A DNA stretch of 64,000 nt from an uncultured Clostridia bacterium (GCA_948664205.1 CAPNDH010000001.1:30165-94164), one strand, 5' to 3'; shown: positions 40,978 through 49,456, numbered from the stretch's first letter. Program-made: numbers and translations. The notes: generated from the sequence alone by a model not told the origin.

Positions 40978-42078
40978 TTACATCTCTTCTTTATATTCGT
41001 TAGATGTTCCTTCTAATTCTTTTATAGAAAGTTCTATCTTCTCATTTTCCTTATCTAAATCTATAATTTTTGCATTTACGTGTTGTCCTAGTTTTAATTC
41101 TTCCTCTGGTTTTGCTAATTTTCTTTCTGCTATTTGTGATATATGTACTAATCCTTCAATTCCTGATTCTAATTCTACAAATACTCCAAATGGCATTATT
41201 TTTACTACTTTTACCTTTACAACATCATTTATATGATATTTTTCATCAATATTATTCCAAGGGTTTTGACCCTTTTCTCCATATGAAAGTTTTATTCTTT
41301 TATTTTCTTTGTCGACATCTTTTATAGTTATTTCTATTTTCTGCCCTTGCTTTAATATTTCATTTACTTTTGCGTTTCTATCCCATGATATCTCTGATAC
41401 ATGTAGTAAACCTTGCACAATTCCATCTAAATCTATAAATGCTCCATATGAGCTTATACTTGCTACTGTTCCTTCGTATTTTCTACCTATTTCTACATTA
41501 TTCCAAAATTCTTCTTGTTTTGCTTTTTTTTCTTCATCTAATACATTTTTAATAGAGCCTATTATTTTATTTGTTTTTGCATCATATTCAGTTATTCTAA
41601 ATTTTACAGTTTGACCTTGTAATTTTGAAGCATCTTCTCCTCTTGGAATACCTGATAAAGAAAGTGGTATAAATACCCTTTTATTTAATACTTCTACTAT
41701 TATTCCTTTATCGTTTACTTCTTTTACTTTTTCTTCAAATATTTCATTATTATTAATTTTGTTTTCTAGTTCTTCTTTTTCTTTTCTCTGTTTTACTCTT
41801 TTATATGATAGTAATACATTTCCAAGACCATCATTTTGTTTTAATACATCTGCTGTAATTATATCTCCTACTTTAAATTCGTCTTTAGGATTTTTAGTTT
41901 CATCATTACTATATTCTTTTTTTGGTATAATTCCATCTGCTTTATAATGAATATCAACAAAAATTTCCCCTTGTTTTGTAATACTAATAATTTTGCCTGT
42001 TACTGTTTTTCCTAATTTTGTTTCTTTTAAAGACTCATTATATAGTTCTTCAAAAGATAATTCTTTTTCATTTTCCAT
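40978..42078 (-). CDS. S1 RNA-binding domain protein (ribosomal protein S1 homolog, 4 S1 repeats)
   Basis: 366 aa with four S1 folds. Consensus promoter TTGACA-17-TATAAT on the minus strand at about 42155-42183. Confidence 0.65.
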   Translation of the reverse strand: MENEKELSFEELYNESLKETKLGKTVTGKIISITKQGEIFVDIHYKADGIIPKKEYSNDETKNPKDEFKVGDIITADVLKQNDGLGNVLLSYKRVKQRKEKEELENKINNNEIFEEKVKEVNDKGIIVEVLNKRVFIPLSLSGIPRGEDASKLQGQTVKFRITEYDAKTNKIIGSIKNVLDEEKKAKQEEFWNNVEIGRKYEGTVASISSYGAFIDLDGIVQGLLHVSEISWDRNAKVNEILKQGQKIEITIKDVDKENKRIKLSYGEKGQNPWNNIDEKYHINDVVKVKVVKIMPFGVFVELESGIEGLVHISQIAERKLAKPEEELKLGQHVNAKIIDLDKENEKIELSIKELEGTSNEYKEEM

Positions 42079-42225
42079 ATTTTCACCTTATTTTTAAATT
42101 TGTATTTTTAGTTATTTATTAATTTAATACCTACTTATACATTTTAACTCTTTTATTATAATTTATCAAGTCCGAATTGTCAACATAAATTAAGCAAAAA
42201 ATTAAAATACACAGTAGGAATATTC

Positions 42226-42963
42226 CTACTGTGCAAATTGTGAAGTAATCCATTTTATCACTTGTCCTTTTATAGCAAAATACTCTTCTTTTTCAAATTG
42301 CATATTTGCAATACAATATCTACGATTTGATATATGTGAACAAAACATACATTCATGCAAAGAATTCGAATCTTGTATAAAAAACGAATTGCTAATTTTA
42401 GCTGAACATATTACATTATAACTATTAGAACAACTACCTGAATCATCTACTCTAATACAATAGCTACAGTTCGAGCTTCTTTGACATGCTATTACATATT
42501 CCGAATCTCCACATCCATCTGTAAATATTACATTTTTACTTTTTCTACAATCTTGACTTCTATATACATTTTCACAGTTATATATTGTGTCACTTTTCGA
42601 AACATTAATACTGTCATAAACTCGTTCGGTTGTAGTGTAATTTATTTTATTCCATAATTTTATAATTTCATCAAGAGAACTTATTTCCTTTTTAGGTCTC
42701 ATCCATCCCTTATATTCATCATATTTTTCCATATTTTCTTGAGTTATGTATTTATTAGAATTAATTGAAGAAGCCCATGTTTCAACTCCTGTAACTGCAT
42801 CTATAACTTTATTTGGAAGTTTTATATCAAATGCAAATTCTGATAATACCTCTTCCAAACTTAATAAACACTTTTGTTCAAAAATTTCCATAAAAATTTC
42901 ATCTACCACACTTTTACATTGTTTTTCATTCATTTTATCTCTCCTATTATTATTCATTTTCAA
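42226..42963 (-). CDS. Cys-rich hypothetical protein
   Basis: 245 aa. The C-terminal half has degenerate repeats (CxxSxNCSYC / SGSCSNSYNVIC / ECMFCSH). 14-nt overlap with the upstream ATPase gene. Terminator hairpin 42210-42233. Confidence 0.35.
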   Translation of the reverse strand: MKMNNNRRDKMNEKQCKSVVDEIFMEIFEQKCLLSLEEVLSEFAFDIKLPNKVIDAVTGVETWASSINSNKYITQENMEKYDEYKGWMRPKKEISSLDEIIKLWNKINYTTTERVYDSINVSKSDTIYNCENVYRSQDCRKSKNVIFTDGCGDSEYVIACQRSSNCSYCIRVDDSGSCSNSYNVICSAKISNSFFIQDSNSLHECMFCSHISNRRYCIANMQFEKEEYFAIKGQVIKWITSQFAQ

Positions 42964-44836
42964 AATTCATTCTTTTTCTTGAAGCTGATGTCTTTGTCAT
43001 TATATCTCTTAATGAATTTGTTGTTTCTATATTAAAAATCTTTTTCTTTTGTATATTTTCCTTTTTATTCATATCTTTATTCTTATTTATTTTTCTTTTT
43101 ATTCTAGGTACTGGTATAAAATCTAAAGTTTTGCCTTTAAAAGCTGATAACATTCTTCCATCTCTTCCTATCCTTGCTATACATTCCCTATCATTTAATT
43201 CTGTAAGCATTTTTATTCTTGTAATATGTGAATTTTTTACTGCAACTTCCATTTGCATATTGCTTTCTAGTAATATTGCATCCATTCTTGAAACTCTAAA
43301 AATAAAGTAATTTATAACATTTGTAAATATTGCTTTTTGCAAATTTTCGCTAATTTGTTCAAAATATTGACCTGCTAAAATTAATGAAAGATTATATTTT
43401 CTCGCTTCTGCTAGAAATCTAGTTATTATGGGATTTTCTATAATAGAGACTTCGTCTATAACCAATATAATATGTTCATTAAATGTATGTGATTGTACTA
43501 ATTGTAAAATTTGTTGCATTGCAAAACCTGCTATTGTTTTTGTTATATTTAGGCCTAGTGTCATTTGGTCTAATGATAGTACTGTAATAAAGTTTTGTTC
43601 TATTTCTTCTTTAATATTTTTTATTTCAGATATATTATTTATTGCTGGTAATAGTTGCATTTCATCTATAAAAGAAATTATAGGTGATATTGCTTCTTGA
43701 TATGATTTTGTTTTTAGTTCATTAAAATCTACTCTAAAAAATTCTATTATATTGGGTTGTATTACATCTTCAACTTCTCTTATAATTTTATTTCTGTATT
43801 CTATTTCTATTAATAACTTTCGTAAACTTATTAAATTAAATTCTCCTTTTTCTAGTAATAAATGTATACTATACCTTAATACCCTTTCTAATTTTGAATT
43901 ATATTTGTCTGCTATAATATTTTTAAATATAGACATAATAGATTCCGTGGAAGATAATATATCTTCTGCTGAATTCATAAATAAGTTTATACTACTATCC
44001 TCTGTTTTAAAGTCAATTACATTTGCACTTTCTAATCCTCCAATATCTTCTTCCATGGCTGCATGTGGGTCAATTACAACTATTTTATACTTTAATTTAT
44101 TATTACTATTCATACTTAAGTTTTTTATAATCGAGCTTATAAATTTAGATTTTCCTGTTCCACTTGCCCCTACTACAATAGAATGTTTTGCAAAATCGTA
44201 ATTTTTATAGTTTAAGTATAATTCTTCTTGCAAATATGGAAATACGTTCGCTTTTAGTAACGCATTTTCTTTATCACTACTTAATATGTTTATAACTTTT
44301 TTACTATCTAAATATTTTGCTTCACTTTTTTGGTAGAAAAACCTTATATGCGTACCAAAGTCAATACTTATAAATTTATATATTTCATTATTTCCTATTA
44401 CTTTTCTCTTTATTATTTTTCCTTTTTCATCTTTAAAATAAAAATTGGTTGTTGATAAGTAATTATTATATTTATATGGGTAAAATGATATTTTTATATT
44501 TTTTAGTTTTTGTAGTTTTCTTGTTTCATTTTTATCATATACATCTAATAATGTTTTATAGTTACGTGTAAGTAAATATGGAATTCCTAAGCTTGATATT
44601 TCCCTTAATTCTATATCTGTTTTTTTTATTAAAAATTCGCCTAAATCGCCTAATATTGGCGGTAATATTCTTGTAGTTTCTATAAAATATCTTATATAAT
44701 TGTTTTCAATATGTATCCATAGATTCCATTTTTTTAACATTCCATTTATTTTAGATATTTTATATATTAAATTTAGCCATTCCTCACTTTTAACATGTGA
44801 TGATGTTAAACATATTTCAAATACATTTTCCTTCAT
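42950..44836 (-). CDS. HerA/FtsK-like (DUF87-type) P-loop ATPase; start moved to the internal Met with RBS AAGGAAAA
   Basis: Walker A VVGASGTGKSKF followed by VVIDPHAAME (a HerA-like xxDPHGEY block). Walker B HIILVIDEVS, LAGQYFEQ motif, basic C-terminal tail. Confidence 0.5.
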   Translation of the reverse strand: MKENVFEICLTSSHVKSEEWLNLIYKISKINGMLKKWNLWIHIENNYIRYFIETTRILPPILGDLGEFLIKKTDIELREISSLGIPYLLTRNYKTLLDVYDKNETRKLQKLKNIKISFYPYKYNNYLSTTNFYFKDEKGKIIKRKVIGNNEIYKFISIDFGTHIRFFYQKSEAKYLDSKKVINILSSDKENALLKANVFPYLQEELYLNYKNYDFAKHSIVVGASGTGKSKFISSIIKNLSMNSNNKLKYKIVVIDPHAAMEEDIGGLESANVIDFKTEDSSINLFMNSAEDILSSTESIMSIFKNIIADKYNSKLERVLRYSIHLLLEKGEFNLISLRKLLIEIEYRNKIIREVEDVIQPNIIEFFRVDFNELKTKSYQEAISPIISFIDEMQLLPAINNISEIKNIKEEIEQNFITVLSLDQMTLGLNITKTIAGFAMQQILQLVQSHTFNEHIILVIDEVSIIENPIITRFLAEARKYNLSLILAGQYFEQISENLQKAIFTNVINYFIFRVSRMDAILLESNMQMEVAVKNSHITRIKMLTELNDRECIARIGRDGRMLSAFKGKTLDFIPVPRIKRKINKNKDMNKKENIQKKKIFNIETTNSLRDIMTKTSASRKRMNFENE

Positions 44837-44912
44837 TTTTATTTTTTCCTTTTTTGCTTTTATTATAGCATCTTTTGACATAAAAAAACTGACATTTTTA
44901 TTTCAAAAAAAG

Positions 44913-45707
44913 TCAGTTTTCTATTGGTACTAAAAAATCTGTAATTTCATCATGATAAAATTCAATCTCTGGTAAATCTCTAAAATTATATTTACAGCTT
45001 GGCAAAAAATCTGTATAAAACATTTTTGATACTTTTTGTATTTCATTTGCTCTGTGTGAATCTATTCTTATTTGTATATATTTACTTTTAGGTATTATTT
45101 TTTTTATTAATTCCTCTTTTTCTTCTTCATATAATATCCAATATGCTTTTATATGTAACCTTTCTTTATCTTTATATTCTACCATTCCATATACTGGTTT
45201 TTGATTATATTTTTTTTCAATCTCTTTAAAAAACTTTGGAGCATCTTGTTCTATTTCTTCATTTGTTGTTGATTTATATGTTCCATATAATATCATTTTT
45301 TCTTTTTCTATAATTTTGTATTCTATATTTTTATTTAGTTCCCTTTCCTCATTAAAGTGCAATTTTGTATATATTTTTAATTTATCAGGCTTCTTTTTTA
45401 CTTGGCTTGGTTTTATTCCATGAAATTTTTCAAATGCTCTAGAAAATGATATTGAATTATTATATTGATATTTTATGGCCACATCTATTATTTTTTCATT
45501 ATTTATAAATAATTCTTCTCCTGCATTTGATAATCTTCTATTCCTTACATATTCTGAGATAGAAATATTACATATTACAGAAAATATCTTTCGAAAAGTA
45601 TATTCATTTACTCCTATCATTTTTGCAAGTTCTTTATTATCTATTTTTTCTTCTAAATTATTTTCTATATATTCTATTATTTCATTTAGTTGTTTATAAA
45701 TATTCAT
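44913..45707 (-). CDS. AraC/XylS-family regulator with C-terminal GyrI-like effector domain
   Basis: N-terminal HTH_AraC (ISEYVRNRRLSNAGEEL...), C-terminal GyrI-like fold. Terminator hairpin overlapping the stop at 44885-44920. Confidence 0.7.
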   Translation of the reverse strand: MNIYKQLNEIIEYIENNLEEKIDNKELAKMIGVNEYTFRKIFSVICNISISEYVRNRRLSNAGEELFINNEKIIDVAIKYQYNNSISFSRAFEKFHGIKPSQVKKKPDKLKIYTKLHFNEERELNKNIEYKIIEKEKMILYGTYKSTTNEEIEQDAPKFFKEIEKKYNQKPVYGMVEYKDKERLHIKAYWILYEEEKEELIKKIIPKSKYIQIRIDSHRANEIQKVSKMFYTDFLPSCKYNFRDLPEIEFYHDEITDFLVPIEN

Positions 45708-45811
45708 ATTTTTATTCCTTATTTGTTTTTTATTACTTTATATCATATTTCTTTTAATTTTCATAGCTTTTTTATTAATTTATAAAAAATAATATAAAGC
45801 TTGTACAAAAA

Positions 45812-45863
45812 TGAGTCAAAAGGGACAGATGACGCATTTGAAAACGTCCCCAATGCGTCATCC
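45812..45863 (-). repeat. Family-3 element abutting the stop codon of 45867..46304
   Basis: ATGAGTCAAAAGGGACAGATGACGCATTTGAAAACGTCCCCAATGCGTCATCC. 11-bp stem GATGACGCATT/AATGCGTCATC plus GGGGAC/GTCCC and a U-tract on the minus strand. Confidence 0.6.
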
Positions 45864-45866
45864 TTT

Positions 45867-46304
45867 TTATCTTCTACGACAACACCATGTTGTTTGACAT
45901 CCATTTGCATCCCTTACGTTTACTGTTGCTGTATTGTTATTATTGCAGTTACAATTACAATTGTTATTGTTGTTTAAAATATTTGCAACTCTTGTTGCTA
46001 TGTTTTGCATATCTGCATTTGATAATTGAACTTCATTGTTATTATTGTTATTTTCTCTACATGGGCATGTTCTTCTACATCTGTTAAAAAACAATTCTAC
46101 TATCCATGCTGTTATATATGCTATTATTGTGTATACAATTACAAAAATCAAAAAACTTGCATCAAATGCTGCAAATGCTACTATTAAGTATATTGCGAAA
46201 AATGTTAATGCTGTTAATATTGGGCATCTTAATATTTTTTCTATAACAATTGCAAGTATTATTGTTGCAATTGGGAGTGCAAAGTATATTAATAATGTAT
46301 TCAT
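45867..46304 (-). CDS. Membrane protein with Asn/Cys-rich low-complexity tail
   Basis: 145 aa with 3 TM helices, then NNNNNNEVQL...NNNNNCNCNCNNNN...CCRRR. Confidence 0.3.
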   Translation of the reverse strand: MNTLLIYFALPIATIILAIVIEKILRCPILTALTFFAIYLIVAFAAFDASFLIFVIVYTIIAYITAWIVELFFNRCRRTCPCRENNNNNNEVQLSNADMQNIATRVANILNNNNNCNCNCNNNNTATVNVRDANGCQTTWCCRRR

Positions 46305-46533
46305 ATTAATCTCTCCTCTTATTTTATATTCTGTTATATAGTATGCTTTTTTACTTTTTTGTGTGCATTAATTGTAGCTATCATTAGTTTCAATTAATAG
46401 TTTATAAGTAAATATGCATTGTAACAGATATTAATGTATTTTACATAAATTGTTGATTTTATTATGTTTTTGTTGTATAATATAAGTATGAAACCTATTA
46501 TGAAATTTGCCACAACAAAGAGGAGGATTCATT

Positions 46534-46692
46534 ATGTATAATGCAGGGCTTTACATGGGAACATCTAAACATTTTGATTCGAAAAGAGTGTCCGAGATCC
46601 GCAATCGTTACTTTTATGCACGTCAGCTCGAGCCTGCTCGTGAGAACATGCGGAAATTAAGGGAGGAAAAAGCGCTTAGGGCGAAGCAGTAA
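46534..46692 (+). CDS. Small basic protein (52 aa) with anomalous GC/codon usage; start at the ATG after RBS AAGAGGAGG
   Basis: Promoter TTGATT-17-TATAAT at 46453-46481. Strong RBS. Terminator hairpin 46713-46742. The coding region is about 50% GC in an AT-rich genome. Confidence 0.35.
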   Translation: MYNAGLYMGTSKHFDSKRVSEIRNRYFYARQLEPARENMRKLREEKALRAKQ

Positions 46693-46749
46693 TTACCTGC
46701 TATACGGCAACAAAAACCAATGGTTATTTCCATTGGTTTTTTGTTAATT

Positions 46750-47457
46750 TTAATATTCTACTTTTACCAAATACAAAGCATAAGGTGGAAGTGTTTTTCC
46801 TGCTCTTGTTCTATCTTTTGATTCTATAATACTAGTTATTTCTTCTGGTTTTATTTTTCCTAAACCCACATCTACCAGTGTTCCTGATATTATTCTTACC
46901 ATATTATATAAAAAACCATTTCCTGTAAGTTCTATTTTTATTCTTTCTCCATCTTCTATTATATTTGTTTTATATATAATTCTTACACTACTTTTACTAC
47001 TTGTTCCACTTGATTTAAAACCTTTAAAGTCGTGTTCTCCTTCGAAATATTTAATTGCTTTTTTCATTTCTTCTACATTTAGCTTTACTGGAACGTAATA
47101 TTCTAAGTTTCTATATATTGCAGACCCTTGTTTTCCATTATTTATAATATATCTATATGTTTTTTGTTTACAATTATATCTGCTATGAAATCTTTCTTCT
47201 ACTTCTTCTGCTTTTTGTATTCTTATAGATTTTTTTAGTTTTGAGTTTATTGCAACTGCAAATTTTTCTATTGGCAGAGTACTATTTGTTTTAAAGTTTG
47301 CAACTTGAGCAATAGCATGTACTCCAGCATCTGTTCTACCCGATGCTGTTAGGTCTACTTGTTCACCTGTTATTAGTTCTATTGCTCTTTCTATTTCTCC
47401 TTGTATATTTAGTTTTGTTGGCTGTTTCTGCCAACCGATTAAAATCTTTTCCATCAT
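46750..47457 (-). CDS. truA: tRNA pseudouridine(38-40) synthase
   Basis: 235 aa, ...ASGRTDAGVHAIAQVANF... catalytic Asp motif. Confidence 0.85.
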   Translation of the reverse strand: MMEKILIGWQKQPTKLNIQGEIERAIELITGEQVDLTASGRTDAGVHAIAQVANFKTNSTLPIEKFAVAINSKLKKSIRIQKAEEVEERFHSRYNCKQKTYRYIINNGKQGSAIYRNLEYYVPVKLNVEEMKKAIKYFEGEHDFKGFKSSGTSSKSSVRIIYKTNIIEDGERIKIELTGNGFLYNMVRIISGTLVDVGLGKIKPEEITSIIESKDRTRAGKTLPPYALYLVKVEY

Positions 47458-47527
47458 ATTCTATTGTTAGTTTTATATTTCTCATATTTGACCTATTCCT
47501 TTTTAGTATAGTTATCATAAATACTAT

Positions 47528-47632
47528 TGTAGGGGCGACTATTAGTCGTCCGTGCTCCAACGAAATTGCCCTATAAATATTATATTTTAGCAATTTCTTC
47601 GAAGAGCGGACGAGCTATGCTCGCCCCTACAA
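47528..47632. mobile_element. MITE-like Family-1 element with TIRs TGTAGGGGCGA...TCGCCCCTACA
   Basis: TGTAGGGGCGACTATTAGTCGTCCG...TTCTTCGAAGAGCGGACGAGCTATGCTCGCCCCTACA. Spurious ORF 47363..47593 reads through it. Confidence 0.7.
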
Positions 47633-47681
47633 ATTTCTTTTTATTATCTATATTTAGATTTAATATAGCATTTACGTACTT

Positions 47682-48587
47682 CTATTTTCCTCTAAATTTT
47701 GACTTTAGTTTATTTAATCTTTCATTTTTTATTTGCTTTTCATCTATTAATCTATTTGTTACTATATTTTTTATTAAAACTTTTTTTAATACTTCTTCAT
47801 TTACGTCTGCTATTAGTGTTCCGTCTTTTGCTATTGATATTTTTCCTGTTTCTTCTGATACTACTATTGCTATAGAGTCTGTTTCTTTTGAAATACCTAT
47901 TGCTGCTCTGTGCCTTGTCCCTAGTTTTCTTGCTGTTTGTTTATCATTTACTAGTGGAAGAATACATGCAGCTGCTTTTATTTTATTATTGCTTATTAAT
48001 ACTGCACCATCATGAAGTGGTGTTTTGGGTTCAAATATATTTACTAATAATTGTGGAGATATTTCTGCATTTAGTTCTACACCATTTTCTGCAATATCAC
48101 CCAATTTTATATCTCTTTCTATTACAATTAATGCTCCTGTTTTTGTTTTTGAAAGTTCTGTCGCTGCTATTACTATTTTGTATATATCTTCTTTTGTTTT
48201 TGTTATAATATCTTTATCTATTCCGAAGAATTTAGTAAGTTTATTTGTTCCTAATTGCTCTAATGCTCTTCTAAGTTCTGGTTGGAATATTACTATCATA
48301 ACTATAACACCATATGTCATTACTGATGTTAATATGTAATGAAGTATATCTAACCTTAGCCATCCACTTACTACTGTAATAACAACAAGCATAGCTATTC
48401 CTTTTATTAATTGCCATACTCTTGAGTTTTTAGTTGTTTTTAATAGTTTATATGCTAAAAATATAACGATTGTTAAGTCTAAAATTAGACAAACAATTCT
48501 TATTGGATTTTGAATTAGTTCTTCTATATAATTTACTATATTAATTTCCCAAAAATTATTAATTGTTGTAAATAAATTATCTTTCAT
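47682..48587 (-). CDS. cdaA: Diadenylate cyclase (membrane-anchored DAC domain)
   Basis: Three N-terminal TM helices plus a DAC domain (...GTRHRAAIGISKETDSIAIVVSEETGKISIA). Confidence 0.8.
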   Translation of the reverse strand: MKDNLFTTINNFWEINIVNYIEELIQNPIRIVCLILDLTIVIFLAYKLLKTTKNSRVWQLIKGIAMLVVITVVSGWLRLDILHYILTSVMTYGVIVMIVIFQPELRRALEQLGTNKLTKFFGIDKDIITKTKEDIYKIVIAATELSKTKTGALIVIERDIKLGDIAENGVELNAEISPQLLVNIFEPKTPLHDGAVLISNNKIKAAACILPLVNDKQTARKLGTRHRAAIGISKETDSIAIVVSEETGKISIAKDGTLIADVNEEVLKKVLIKNIVTNRLIDEKQIKNERLNKLKSKFRGK

Positions 48588-48615
48588 AAATAATATTTAC
48601 CTTCTTTCTCTTTTG

Positions 48616-48732
48616 TTATACTAAATAATATATTAAAGTAGCTGCTATACTAAGTACCATAAGAACTGCTAGTATAACTGCCATTATTCTTGTAAACAAT
48701 TTTGATTTATCTATTTTATTTTTCTTTGACAT
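48616..48732 (-). CDS. Possible 38-aa single-TM peptide upstream of cdaA
   Basis: RBS CAAAGGAGG, then ATG MSKKNKIDKSKLFTRIMAVILAVLMVLSIAATLIYYLV. Not in the ORF track (under 60 aa). Confidence 0.25.
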   Translation of the reverse strand: MSKKNKIDKSKLFTRIMAVILAVLMVLSIAATLIYYLV

Positions 48733-48870
48733 TTTTTGTCCTCCTTTGTAAAATGTTTGCATTATTATAATATCATATTTTATTTTTGGTTTCAATGCTT
48801 TATTTTATTATTTTTATTAAAGTAAGAAATTTTTGGTTACAGTTCATAGTTTAAAAATATTTTATTTTTA

Positions 48871-49021
48871 CTGTAGGGGCTAAATCGGTAAGGAATACCT
48901 CTTTGGGAATACCCAATTTCGCCCTTACATATTTTAAAATATTGCTATAAATTTTACATATATGTTTAGGGCGTAATTCGGTAAATTCTTATGGGTATTC
49001 CTTACCGATTAAGCCCCTACA
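48871..49021. repeat. Two Family-2 elements in opposite orientation (composite palindrome of about 150 bp)
   Basis: 48871-48929 TGTAGGGGCTAAATCGGTAAGGAATACC...GCCCTTACA, and 48969-49021 GGGCGTAATTCGGTAAATTCTTATGGGTATTCCTTACCGATTAAGCCCCTACA. Confidence 0.75.
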
Positions 49022-49051
49022 TATATATTAAATTAGCTGCAATATATATAT

Positions 49052-49456
49052 TTATATACACATTTCTAAAATTTCTTTTAACCTTTCGTCTTGTTTACTT
49101 AAATATAAGTACCCTATCAATGCTTCAAATGCTGTTGCATATTTATAGTCTACAAGTTCTGCATTTTTGGGTTGATGGTGTGCTTCGGCATTTCTTCCTC
49201 TTCTTACTATATCTTTTTCTTCATCTGTTAAATTATCATATATTTTAATTAATACTTCAGCTTGTGCTTTAGCTTTTACGTATTTTATTGTTTCTATGTG
49301 CAACCTATGTGGGTCTAAATGTGTGGAATTTACTAATTTCATTCTTATAAAAATTTCATAAATACAATCACCTATATATGCCCATACTAATGGTTTCATT
49401 AGTTTTACTTCTTCTATATTTCTTTTTCTTTCTATTATGCCTTCTATTTCTTTCAT
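49052..49456 (-). CDS. mrnC: Mini-ribonuclease 3 (Mini-III)
   Basis: 134 aa, WAYIGDCIYEIFIR...; RNase III-like single domain. Confidence 0.75.
   Translation of the reverse strand: MKEIEGIIERKRNIEEVKLMKPLVWAYIGDCIYEIFIRMKLVNSTHLDPHRLHIETIKYVKAKAQAEVLIKIYDNLTDEEKDIVRRGRNAEAHHQPKNAELVDYKYATAFEALIGYLYLSKQDERLKEILEMCI

Noticed and set aside
42950-44881. The P-loop ATPase as a type IV secretion coupling protein (TraG/VirD4/TcpA) marking an integrated conjugative element
   Set aside because: There are no relaxase, VirB4, pilin-channel or integrase genes nearby. The motif pattern after Walker A fits HerA-like ATPases better, though this is not excluded without a profile search.
46500-46745. Known housekeeping ncRNA (SRP RNA, tmRNA, RNase P RNA, 6S RNA) at the GC-rich small locus
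   Set aside because: It is too short (about 200 nt transcript) and lacks signature sequences (the SRP domain IV motif, tmRNA tag ORF, RNase P P4 motif). The ORF has a perfect RBS-ATG arrangement.
47363-47593. 76-aa minus-strand ORF between truA and cdaA
   Set aside because: It reads straight through the MITE-like element at 47528-47632 and overlaps the truA 5' end. It has no RBS and is most likely spurious.
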